DNA from: Podarcis muralis
Taxonomy: Eukaryota
DNA: 64,000 bases
Direction of reading: 5' to 3'
Assembly: GCF_964188315.1 (NCBI RefSeq)
Contig: NC_135673.1
Location: 14,570,001-14,634,000 of the forward strand
Made by a program: the position numbers and the translations under genes
Shown: piece after piece, positions 1 to 10,600 of the stretch
How positions within the stretch are numbered: position 1 is the stretch's first letter
Layout: every line of letters starts with the position of its first letter
The notes under the pieces: generated by a model
What the model was told of the DNA's origin: nothing
Seen by the model: the letters and a program-made list of their open reading frames with translations, nothing else
Database searches by the model: none

Positions 1-714
1 TATATATGTAAATAAAGTATAGGCAGCTTACCTTGGACCAAAATACATTTTAATGAGATGGTGGAAAGTTGAGAGAAATTCAAAGCGCACAGGCAAAGGA
101 GAAAATGGGGACCCTTTAAAAATAAATAATCAAGATTATGGTCTGCGAGCAAATTTCAAGAACTGTAGCTCTAAATCGTCCAACCCTTTTAAAAGTGAGT
201 GTTGGCTGGTGGAATTTAAGTAGCTATAATCATATTCAACTACCCTACAGATGAATAAAAATCTGAGCCCAGGATTGAGAGCCCACTCTGAATTGCGTGC
301 ATTGTTAAAGAGGAAAGGGGCGAGATTACTTGGAAGTGGCCTCAAATGCAAGAATGCTGTGCAGGAGCCAGTGACGGCACACCCATCAGCCATAAGGCCA
401 CAGAGGCTGCTACACAAGGTGGACACAAGAGTGTATGAGGGAAACAGCTGCTGAAGCAAACTGCTGTCTATTAAGAATCATCTCAGAGCTCAACACCACC
501 CTGCCAGCAAACACATGTTATAAGAAAAACATTCAGAAAGAGCAAAACATACTGTGAAAACAACTTTTATTTCGTGGCTTGGGGGTTCTATTCCCCCCCC
601 CAAAAAAATTGTTACCGTGCTTTTATTACTGTGTTGTCCTCCATCACTTGACAGAATGTTGCCCAGGAGCTTCATGTGACTCAGCCACCACACTCACCGG
701 CCCTCACATGGCTT

Positions 715-861
715 TCTCCAGTCTCTGCTGTACTGGCAGAGACTTCAGGATCTTCTTAGCACTACATGCAAAGCAAGGAATACTGTTGACATGGCATTTG
801 AGGTCTTGATAAAGGAACCTTTCTGAGCATCCTGAATCAACACATTCCAATTTTAATTTTA
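715..861 (-). pseudogene. SETX: Senataxin-like terminal coding exon, disrupted (two in-frame stops and a frameshift)
   Basis: After the acceptor ccctttgtag the minus strand reads *N*NWNVLIQDAQKGSFIKT, then in another frame KKILKSLPVQQR. Human SETX reads ENQHWNQLIQDAQKRGAIIKT...VKILKLKPVLQR. TAA AAT TAA replaces the first codons, and 47 nt instead of about 30 lie between IKT and KILK. Confidence 0.75.
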
Positions 862-1107
862 CTACAAAGGGATTAAACAACAACAACCAATGAATTATTA
901 GGACAGGAGACTAGCAAGGGTTGGTGGCGATTTATTTATTCTCTGCTGCGCTGCAGGAAAGTGGGAGTCTGACTGTGTGGGTCTTGGGTTTCCCTTGCTT
1001 TTGGAGTGCACCTCTCAACAGCTTTTAGCTGGGGGAAATGGGGGCCTTAGCCTGAAAAGTGTTCTTCACCCTTCCTCTAAGTCTGGCTGAATTAATCTAA
1101 AACACTA

Positions 1108-1417
1108 AAGGTAAAGGGACCCCTGACCATTAGGTCCAGTCGTGACCGACTCTGGGGTTGTGGCGCTCATCTCGCTTTATTGGCCGAGGGAGCCGGCGTA
1201 CAGCTTCTGGGTCATGTGGCCAACATGACTAAGCCACTTCTGGCAAACCAGAGCAGCGCACAGAAACGCCTTTTACCTTCCCGCCGAAGTGGTACCTATT
1301 TATCTACTTGCACTTTGAGCAACGGGAGCTCACCCCGTTGCGGGGATTCGAACCGCCAACTTTCTGATCGGCAAGTCCTAGGCTCTGTGGTTTAACCCAC
1401 AGCGCCACCCGCATCCC
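1108..1417 (-). mobile_element. Sauria SINE
   Basis: tRNA-like head (rc gggatgcgggtggcgctgtgggttaaacc), tail ggggtccctttacctt, and a 15-bp TSD taatctaaaacacta at 1093-1107 and 1418-1432. Confidence 0.9.
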
Positions 1418-3849
1418 TAATCTAAAACACTAGAGACCACTAATAATGGGTGTCAGGAGAAATGAGGTCAAACTTCCTCTGGATTGCACCCACTGGTAAA
1501 CAGTGGTTTGTGAACACACAACAGAGGATCCCTCCAATATGGCCGTACTCGGGCTATAAGGATCCTTCCCTCCTCACTGCAGTTACAAAACAAGCAGCAG
1601 CAGCAGCAGGGAAACGAGTGTTTAACAGGAATCCATTCACAACTCTGAACTTTACAGGAGCAAACCATCAATGCCAGGCCTTCCAATGGACAAACCTGGA
1701 TTGGAGGCCCTCTAGTGGCAAAGTCGTTATGGTACAAGGCTGGGGAAAAGGACCATATGAAGACTTTGCGCCCAATATGGGAGTAATTGTGACCTCATGC
1801 AGGAAAGTGCCAGGATGGAAAGAGGGGAGTCCCCCATGCCAGCTGCTTTATCCCCTGACTGGGCGCCTCCCTGGGAGAAAACTGGCAGGACAGGAGTCTG
1901 ATGGGACAGAGGCGACCAGCATGGCAGAGGACGGCATCCCTTTCTCTGCTCCCCTGCACACAGCTGGCATTCTAGCAGAGAGGAAGGAGTGGGGAACTTT
2001 TGTGGCCCTGCAGAAGTTGCTGAACTCCATCTCTCACCGCCCCTCATCATTGGCCAGGCCGGTGGGGCTGCTGGGCATCACACATCTTCAGGGCTGCAGG
2101 ATCCCCGGCCCTTACAGCATCTCACAAACACCTCCCAGAAATGCCATGCTGGGCCTTGCATGAAAAACCACAGTGTTCAATGGTCAGGAGTGATGGGAGT
2201 TGTAGTCCAGCAGCCCACAGCTTCCTTAGCTCTGGAATACCATACTGCCAGTCTAAGATCAACTGGTGAAAGAGCTAAAGTAACGTAAGTTTTACCATCT
2301 ATGAAACCCGAGTTTCAGGTTCCTCTGGGCGCCCACAAGCAGGGACAAAATTGAGATGGCACTGACCCCCCCCCATAGGACCTTCTTAGTGGTAGCTCCC
2401 TCTTTGTGGTGGCCCCCTCCCTGGGGTTCACTAAATCCCTGCATTTGTAAGTGCACTACTAAAAGGTTGCAGGCATTCCTACCAAGGTTTCCATGTCTAT
2501 GTATAATTTCAGTGGGCCTCCTCTGAGTAGAGACAACCCCCTGCTGTCATGTTTCTGCTTTACGTTTTTTATTGGAGGCCCTGATTTTGATCAATTTCGT
2601 TAGTGGTGAATATTTATTAGTGATGTTCATTTATACATGGTTTTTTCCCTTGCTTTGCAATATTTTAGCTTCTCTCTGCCTCCCCCATAGGTTCTTTATG
2701 AAATACCTTTTAAGATTATAATTTAAAACACTCAAAATGGTTGTTTATCGATAGCTTTAATTATCATTTAATTTAATTGTTCCTTGGGTGCCTCCTTTAT
2801 TGGACATCATTTGAGAGCCAAGTGAGAAGCTTGGGGCATAAATCTTAGAAGTCAGACCATGATCTCCTTTTGCAATTTCAGCTACACCCCCCCCCCCACC
2901 ATGTGGCTTCCAAGCACACAGTGCCCTTCCACCCCCCCCACCCCCCAGGTGGAAAGGAAGTGGGCTGCTGGTGGGAACCAGCTTTAGACCTTAGCCACAC
3001 ATCCCTGCAGCACAAACCATTGGCGAATTAATATTATTTGTTGTGATTCATGTGAAAACTCTCTCGTTAATATTTCAAAACTGTGCCTGAATATTTTATT
3101 CATTCCAAAGGTGACTTGCAAAACAGAAAGACACCATTAGCGCAGCTGTGACCTTTTTCTCCTTCTCAAGAAAACAGGAAAAACCCAAACCTGTAAAGGA
3201 AAACCAAAAGAAGTGCAGCCCTGTTTGCCTGATTTCACCCCATAATCCCTCCGTGGGGCCAACAATTCTGCCGGGTCACATCTGAGAGCACCAAACCCCT
3301 TGCCTGCCAGGGAGGACAGGGGTTTGGGGCTCCATTTCTCCTCTCCCCCAGTGAGACACAGCGGAAGAAGAAGCCTCAGAGAAGCCATTTTGCCAGTGTC
3401 AGGAATGGGAAGTTCATTGCAGTAAGAGAGCTGCAGTGACGAAGCTCACATGGCCTAGGCCTGCCCTCACCCCCTGCAAAGACTATTGTGGGACCACAAA
3501 CCTCTCCTCTCCTGAATTCCCTTATGGGCATCGCAGGTGGCTGCAAGAATGCGGCCAGAGACCAACAGGGGCTCTAACAGACAACTGTGACTTGTGGACA
3601 ATGGCCCACACACTTGACCACCCCAAGGATTGCACCCGAGCCCTAGAATTGCCAGCAGAGGCACCCCAGTTGACACATCACAAAACAACAGGAGATGTAG
3701 ACTGGAGAGGTTACCAGAGTCACTGAGTGGGCTGTTGCACCTCACTTGGCCCTTCTTTAAAATGGGAATATATCCTGTATTTAACACACTGCTGTTCCAT
3801 AAAGAAATGATTGGGGGTGGGGTATTTTTGTACTGAGCTATCAATCTGC

Positions 3850-4370
3850 ATACACTTCACAATCATCATCCAAGAAGAGAGATCCCTGCCCCAGGGAGCC
3901 TACAATGTACATTTTAACAACAGGGGAACAACAGAGAGAGAAGTTTTTATTTTATGAAATAAGTAAGTGCAGGCAAGTCCAGCAAGGGATGGCTGCCCAA
4001 GTGTTCTTCAGCAGCAGGGAAGGCCTCAGATGAAAGGCCTCACCAGCGACATCACTTTTGAAGGAAGATAGGGAGGGTTATGGCGCACTGCAAGTGTTCT
4101 TGGAGAGGGAGTTCCAGACACAAAGGGTCAGCGAGGAAGTATCAGGGGAGTTGTTCAAAGGAACAGGAGGCCTTCCGGCCACTGAGGGTGGTAGAGATGA
4201 AGGAGTGAAGGTCACTGGTCAGGTGTTCCAGAGAGCAGGGGAGATGGTGAGTGGAGGAGAGGCTTGTCTGCGGCTGCAAGGAGTGCGCAATCTCCACATG
4301 CAGAGGCAGTCCACCTCTGAAGACAAGGTGCCCAGCTTGTGGGTTTCCTAGAAGCATCTGGAGGCAGTCA
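3850..4370 (-). mobile_element. L2-type LINE 3' remnant
   Basis: Degenerate sequence resembling the reverse complement of an L2 3' region (gggagttccagacacaaaggg...); no intact ORF. Confidence 0.45.
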
Positions 4371-4371
4371 G

Positions 4372-4590
4372 GTGTAGTGGCTGGAGTGTTGGACTAGGAG
4401 CTGGGAGACCAGGCTTCAGATCCCTGCTCAGCCCTGAAAGTGGGCGGCCGTGGGCCAGTCACTGCCTCTCAGCCCAGCCTACCTCACAGGGCGGTTGTGG
4501 GAATTAAATGAGGAGAGGGAGAACCATGTACGGCACCTTGAGCTCCTTGGAGGAAAAGCTGGGATATAAATGCAATGAATAAATAAACTG
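4372..4590 (+). mobile_element. tRNA-derived squamate SINE (MIR/Squam3-like)
   Basis: tgtagtgg...gttggactagga...ggagaccagg head, cctacctcacaggg core and gggatataaatgcaatgaataaataaa tail; related copies at 21960-22157 and 54700-54995. Confidence 0.75.
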
Positions 4591-4855
4591 GACCCTTGGC
4601 TTCATCCAGCAGGGAGATTATGGACAGAGCTGGCTACCTATTGCACTTTTGTACACCACAGGGATGGGGAAACCCTGGCCCTCCAGGTGGTGCGGGACAG
4701 TATCCCCCACCCCCAATAGGCCATCCTGACTGGGGCTGTTGGGAGTCCAGCAGCATCGAGAGGGACACAGCAGGTTTCCCAGCTCTGATCCAAGAATTTC
4801 ACTAACAACAAAAAAAGAGCTCAGCAGCAGTAGCTTGGCATAAATATAGCTACTT

Positions 4856-5207
4856 AAAGGTACCCCTGCCTGTACTGGCCAGTCTTGCCAGACTCTAGGG
4901 TTGTGCGCTCATCTCACTCTATAGGCCGGGAGCCAGCGCTGTCCGCAGACACTTCCGGGTCACGTGGTCAGCGTGACGAAGCTGCATCTGGCGAGCCAGC
5001 GCAGCACACGGAACGCCGTTTACCTTCCCGCTGGTAAGCGGTCCCTATTTATCTACTTGCACCCGAAGGTGCTTTCGAACTGCTAGGTTGGCAGGCGCTG
5101 GGACCGAACGACGGGAGCACACGCCGCCGCGGGGATTCGAACCACCAACCTTTCGATCGGCAAGTCCTAGGCACTGAGGCTTTAACCCACAGCACCACCC
5201 GCGTCCC
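4856..5207 (-). mobile_element. Sauria SINE
   Basis: Full-length copy with a 12-bp TSD atatagctactt at 4844-4855 and 5208-5219. Confidence 0.9.
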
Positions 5208-5710
5208 ATATAGCTACTTGCCACTATACAAATCCAGACAAGCATCAAAGAGCACATAATTCAAGAGTAACGTTTCAGAAATGGTTAGAAAGAAAGATTA
5301 TTATTGTTTACGTATCAAATCAGGTTGCCAGAAGGAATCAGGATGGATGCCTATGATCATGTGCAGAATTTTCACTCACCTGAGTACTCACCTATAGTGC
5401 CTGAGCAAGTGTATTCCCCCCCCCCCTAAAACACACACACACACACACCCCGGATATGATGTCCAGGTGTTGCCAGACTACAAGTCCCCCCATCCCTGAC
5501 CACTGGCCCTTCTGGCTGGGGCTGCTGGACTCCAGCAACATCTGGAGAGCATAGCCGACCCACCACTGGACTTGGGGGTTCTGAAAAATCCAGGATAAAG
5601 TAGAACCTTTGTCCACATTCAGGTTCATTCGTCCACATTCATTCGTCCACTTCTTCTTCTGCAATGTCTGTTGAGGTGAGATAATCAATAACAAAAAGGT
5701 GACTATGCAC

Positions 5711-5898
5711 ATGTCAGTTTTCAAGGCACGGTTGTAGACGTAGTTAGAAGGGAAGAGGCAGATCTCAGGGTGCATCCTGTACTGAGTGGTCAAGCGCAGG
5801 ACTGGAAGCCTGTCAATGACTTTATTCTGGAGCTGCGCATCCAGCTGTCTGCACAGCCGCTCCATCAGAGACTGCCCGTAGCCGTATTCCTCAGCTCT
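5711..5898 (-). pseudogene. SETX: Senataxin-like helicase-domain exon (isolated, frame still open)
   Basis: 188-nt exon after the acceptor tttcccccattggcag. It encodes RAEEYGYGQSLMERLCRQLDAQLQNKVIDRLPVLRLTTQYRMHPEICLFPSNYVYNRALKTD, matching SETX KAQEYGYDQSMMARF...QYRMHPDICLFPSNYVYNRNLKTN. The donor is weak (AT|gtgcat), and there is no room for upstream SETX exons before SURF1. Confidence 0.85.
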
Positions 5899-6099
5899 CT
5901 GCCAATGGGGGAAAGAAGCAAGAGAAAGGAGGAGGAACGAGACTTTCAGTGGGTGGGTCAGGTGCAGACAGCAACTAAAGAACAACAGGTTGCCATGTGA
6001 AATTGCTCCCTGCTCAGGGTACAGTTAACAAAAACTACCCCAAGTAGCCACAAAATTAAGGGTTACAGAATACAATGGTCAGACTTAAGCTCTCAACAC

Positions 6100-6780
6100 A
6101 TGCCACCAGATACTTGACACCATTTGAAAATTAATTCTGAACCCAGATAAACCTTTTTTTAACTATACCCTACAAAATACTCAACAAATTAACATTGGGC
6201 AATATGATCCTGTAAAACAGTTGTGGGAATCTGATTTAGGCATTAAAATTGAAGAGATGGATAGGCAAGGCAAAAAAAGAAAAGAAAAAAGGTGAATCAC
6301 TCTCAACTCATATATGAGAGAATACATTTAAGCTATTACATATATGGCATCTGACCCCACTGAAATGCACCTGTATTAATAAATCACTCTCACCTTGGGA
6401 TTGGCAAGGTTGTAATACAATTGGTACAATTTTCCACATGGGGTGGACAAGAGAATACGCACAGCCTTTTTGGCAAAAGGTGTTCATATAAATAAGACAC
6501 ACCACAGAAGTACAGTGCACACCAAGTTTAGGACTGTTAACCACTTTCAGGGAAAAACAGCTTAACCTTTACTACAGATAACTGATCACTTATTGTGGCA
6601 GCACGCCTATCGGTGACACAGAATTGGAAGAGACTGGAACATTTACATGTTTTTCGCTGGAAACAAGTGTATGGACTGAGCAGCACAAGAGCAGCAGATG
6701 ACTTTATTGACATTTGGAATCCTTTCATTGAGTTTTCAAATGATAACCTGCACAACCGGCATCCACATACAGTACACGTG
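6100..6780 (+). mobile_element. L1-clade LINE ORF2 C-terminal remnant
   Basis: Degenerate translation FKLLHIWHLTP...WQGCNTIGTIFHMGWT resembles the L1 ORF2 C-terminal Cys/His motif. Confidence 0.55.
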
Positions 6781-7037
6781 TTCTCATAACACAGAAGAGT
6801 GCACGTGCCCGCTCCACGTTATCCCCAGGAGGCAGGACACTCAGCGCACGCAGCTCCCAACGGGGAGAACGCTGGCCTGACAACTATTAAAACTTCGGGT
6901 TTCCTGCCCTCATTGCCGCCATATGCGGGGTGAAAAGAGAGTGTTACTTATGCGGCGTCCTTCCCTCCTGAGACATTTCTATGTCCGTGAGGAGATGCTC
7001 TTTTTTAAATAATGATGACGATAATGATGATGTAAGG

Positions 7038-7102
<65 letters not shown>

Positions 7103-7620
7103 TGTTAGGCGGCGAAGGAGCTCCCTGTGTGTTCTGTGACGGAAGCGCCTCGTAAGACCCACCTCTAAGGAGCCTTGGGAGAGCGGAAGTCGCGTGACCC
7201 AGAAGAGGAAAGGCCCGTGAAAGGAGTCGGGGGTGGGAAATGTCTGTGTTTTTGCGGTTGCTAGGCGACTTTGCGCTGAGGGGGCCCTTGCGGGCGAAGG
7301 CGGGCCAGGTGGGAGCCGTTTTATTTTATTATTTCGATTTCAGTTTTTATTATTTTGGCCGTTTTCATGCTGCTAAATCACGGCTGTCTGTATAAAAAAA
7401 CCTCGATGCAACCGCAAATAGAAAATGAGTTAAAATTCATAAAAATCAGAATTCCGTTAAAATGCCTGTCGGGACAATCTTTTCCAAAGGCAGCTCCCGC
7501 ATAAGGCTGCACTGCCGTTTACCTTCGGGGCCTCTCGCAGCAGCCTGACAGGTGGCAATTCAACAGGTCGGGCACGGTTCTTCGTCCCCAGCTATGCGGG
7601 TGGAAGCATCTCCTGCTAAG
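6780..7620. promoter_or_regulatory. CpG-rich SURF1 promoter with ETS (GABP-type) motif
   Basis: High CpG density around the SURF1 ATG (7240), cggaagt at 7184-7190 and a (GT)n(GA)n tract at about 7040-7103. Confidence 0.7.
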
Positions 7621-10600
7621 GTTGCTTTTAAAAACCACAAAGATGATACAGGTCAACTTCGTTTATTAATTTGGGTAGATTAATGTGTCCATTCCTTGAC
7701 AAAAGCCTCTCCTAAGGGGTTTGCGTGATATTGCTAAGTTGTCATTGGTCTGGTCTCAACTCTTCCTGTGGCTCTTATGAGGGTTATTTCATTCCATTTC
7801 TTACACTTTAGATGTGTTGCAAGTTGCCTTGAGTAGCGCCGGACAAGTCTAATAAGTAATAATGTTGTGAAGTTCTTTTAACATTCAAAGTGCCTTTGAG
7901 GCACTAGGGTTATTTTCCTACACAACAGCCAGGTGAGGTAGGCCATCCACCTTTCTATGGATGAGGAAGGATGAGGATGAGAGAGAGAGTTACCTCTTTT
8001 TCTTCCCTTTTCTCTTTGTTTCTTGCCTGGTTTTTAACACTGGTATCATTGTTCATCTTTTGCAATTAACTCTTTTCCAAAAATGACATCTGAAATTCAG
8101 CTTCTTATAAGTTTCTATAATGTAAGGGGGGAATTCAATCAGCACCTTTTGTTTTGCTTTTAGCTCCCTTACTATGTCGGTGGAAGGACGTTGTTTGGAT
8201 GCACCTATTTTAAAGCACCTTCTGGCCTGCTACAACCACATAAAGGTGAATAAAACCCTTAATACTTCATAACATGTTGACTTAGGAGAAGCTTGTCTGC
8301 TGAAGCCTGGTTTCTGTTTTCTTAATTTTATTTGCACAGAGGAGGGTATCCAGATGGACCAAAGAAGATCAGCTTCTACTTTAGCTGGTCATATTTGCTA
8401 ACCGTATTCTATATTCAGGTTGCACTCCTGTATGTAGTTACCTGGGAGTAAGTTTTCTGGAATTCAGTGGGACTGACTTCTGAGTAGATATTTTAATTAT
8501 ATCTGTTTATTCATTTATTATTGTGACTTTTGAGTTGACATGTTCATTTTAGTTGTTGTTATCATCAAGTCATCTTTGTCGTCACCAGGTAGTTATTTAT
8601 TTATTTATTTTGTATGCCTTCCTTCAGGTAAATATTACAGGGCAGTTGACCACATAAAAATACAATTGAGAACAAAAAACATAACAAGGCCAAAAAAAAC
8701 CTCAATAACCCCCCTTCCCCCTCACACACACATTTAAAAGGCCATAGAATGTTAATCAGCCCAAGGCCTGGTTATAGAGAAATGTTTTCGCCTGGCACCT
8801 AAAGGTCAGTATTTTTTAAAAAAAATAATTTTTATTAAAGTTTGGAAAAAGGGATACAAAGAATATTATCTATTATATTTTTATCAAAACTAAAATGTTA
8901 GTCTAAATAAAAATGCAGACCAAAAAGAATAAGAAAAAAGAAAGGAGGAATAGAGAAGAGATAGAGGGGAGAAGGCAAGAGAAAGAGAGGAGATAAAGAA
9001 AAAGGAAGAGAGAAAGAAAAAGAGAGAGAGAGAGAGAGACAAAGAAAATAAAGGAACTTTCCATTCTGTCTGCTATATATAAACATTATTCTGATAATCC
9101 ACTCCAATATGTAATGAAGGTGCCAGGCATGCCTCCCTGGGGAGTGCATTCCACAAATGGGGATGCATCTGAGGCTGGTTAGGCAATGACCCATTGCCCT
9201 AATGTCTTCTGGCTACTGGCTGTAAAGGTTGGAAGCGTTGGAGATTGGTGGTTACTGCCATTTGCCATTTTTAAAACTCAGGTAGGTAAGAGAGCATCTA
9301 GGTGCATTCTCCCTTCCTTGGACCAGCAAAGTGGGTTTTTTTAATATTCCAGGGCCATCTCAGGCTCCAGGCAATTGAGGAAAATATTCTGCTGATTACT
9401 GAAATGAGGCAGCGAGGGCATAACTGCACTTTCCTCATGTTTGTTATGTCAGAACCATAGCAAGTTCTGTGGATCAGTTGCATAGCATCTGCCTTGCATG
9501 CTAAAAGCCCCAGCATCTCCAGGTAGGGCCGAGAGAGACCCATTGCCTGAAACCCTGGTGAGCTGCTGCCTGCCAGGGTAGACAGTACTGAGCTAGATGG
9601 ACCAAGGCCTGACTCAGTATAAGGCAGACACCTATGTTCCAGAATCACTAATACAAATAATAAGTTATTGCTGGATATTAATGAATCTGATGGTAGTGAT
9701 GAACCACGTACTGCACAGAGCTTCTTCCACAGATGACACAAACATTCCTCCTCCCCCCCTGTCGTTTTCCTCAGAGATTCCCCAGAGGCCTGCCTTGTCC
9801 AGGATTTCCACAGCTGCTTCTGCCAAATCTGGAGAGGATGCTGTGCTCAGGTGGGGCCTCCTCCTAATCCCCATAGCGACATTTTGCCTTGGAACGTGGC
9901 AGGTAAATGCAAACGCTGAATCTGAGGCTTGCTCTGTGAGGTCTCTTGATTCAGGGCCAGTGTTCAGAGATGTCTTCAGTTACAGCTCGTAGCCAGTGCA
10001 AGAACCTCTACTGTGAGTTGTTTCCAAAATTAGTCATTATCAAAGATTGATATTAACAGGCATTTCTATCATAGATACATTAATTTCATTCTGTTTGCCC
10101 AGTTTAACTTAATGGAATTCAGTCCAACTCATTTACTATTGGCTGATAACATGGAGTAGTTTTTATTTGAATAGAACTAATAAGCATTTGGAGTGCCGGG
10201 CGTGCTCTGGTCCATGGGGTCACAAAGAGTCCTAAACGACTAAATGACTAAACCACAACAACAACAAATAAACATTTACGGAATTTGAGAGGAGGAACCC
10301 ACATTTTCCTTCAAATGTGCATTTTGTTTTGCTTCAAAGGAGGAAACAGAAAAGCTTAAGTTTTTTGTAATGCAAATACTTCTGTAGTAAATCAGCTATC
10401 CTGCCTTGGTGGGAGGGAAATTTTGTGCTGGGGAGGGCAAATGTACGTCTGGTGTTGCCCTCAAGGCCCCTAAGAGCCCTTATGCCCATGTCAGATTCAA
10501 CGGCGGAAATGGAAGTTGAAGTTGATCTCTGATCTGGAATCCAAGGTGGCAGCAGAACCGATCCCACTCCCAGCAGAGTAAGTATGTGAACTGGCTTGGA

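Noticed and set aside
136-250. Minus-strand exon-like segment VVEYDYSYLNSTSQHSLLKGLDDLELQFLKFARRP after a good acceptor
   Set aside because: I cannot match it to SETX or any neighbouring gene; it ends in a stop with no further support. A BLASTX would settle it.
1750-1800. ITPY.AQ-like motif resembling a middle SETX exon
   Set aside because: Needs a frameshift and the flanking residues do not match; likely coincidence.
1450-2163. 237-aa plus-strand ORF (GTG start)
   Set aside because: No recognisable domain, no ATG start or splice support, and it lies within the SETX relic interval; probably chance or an old LTR-like repeat.
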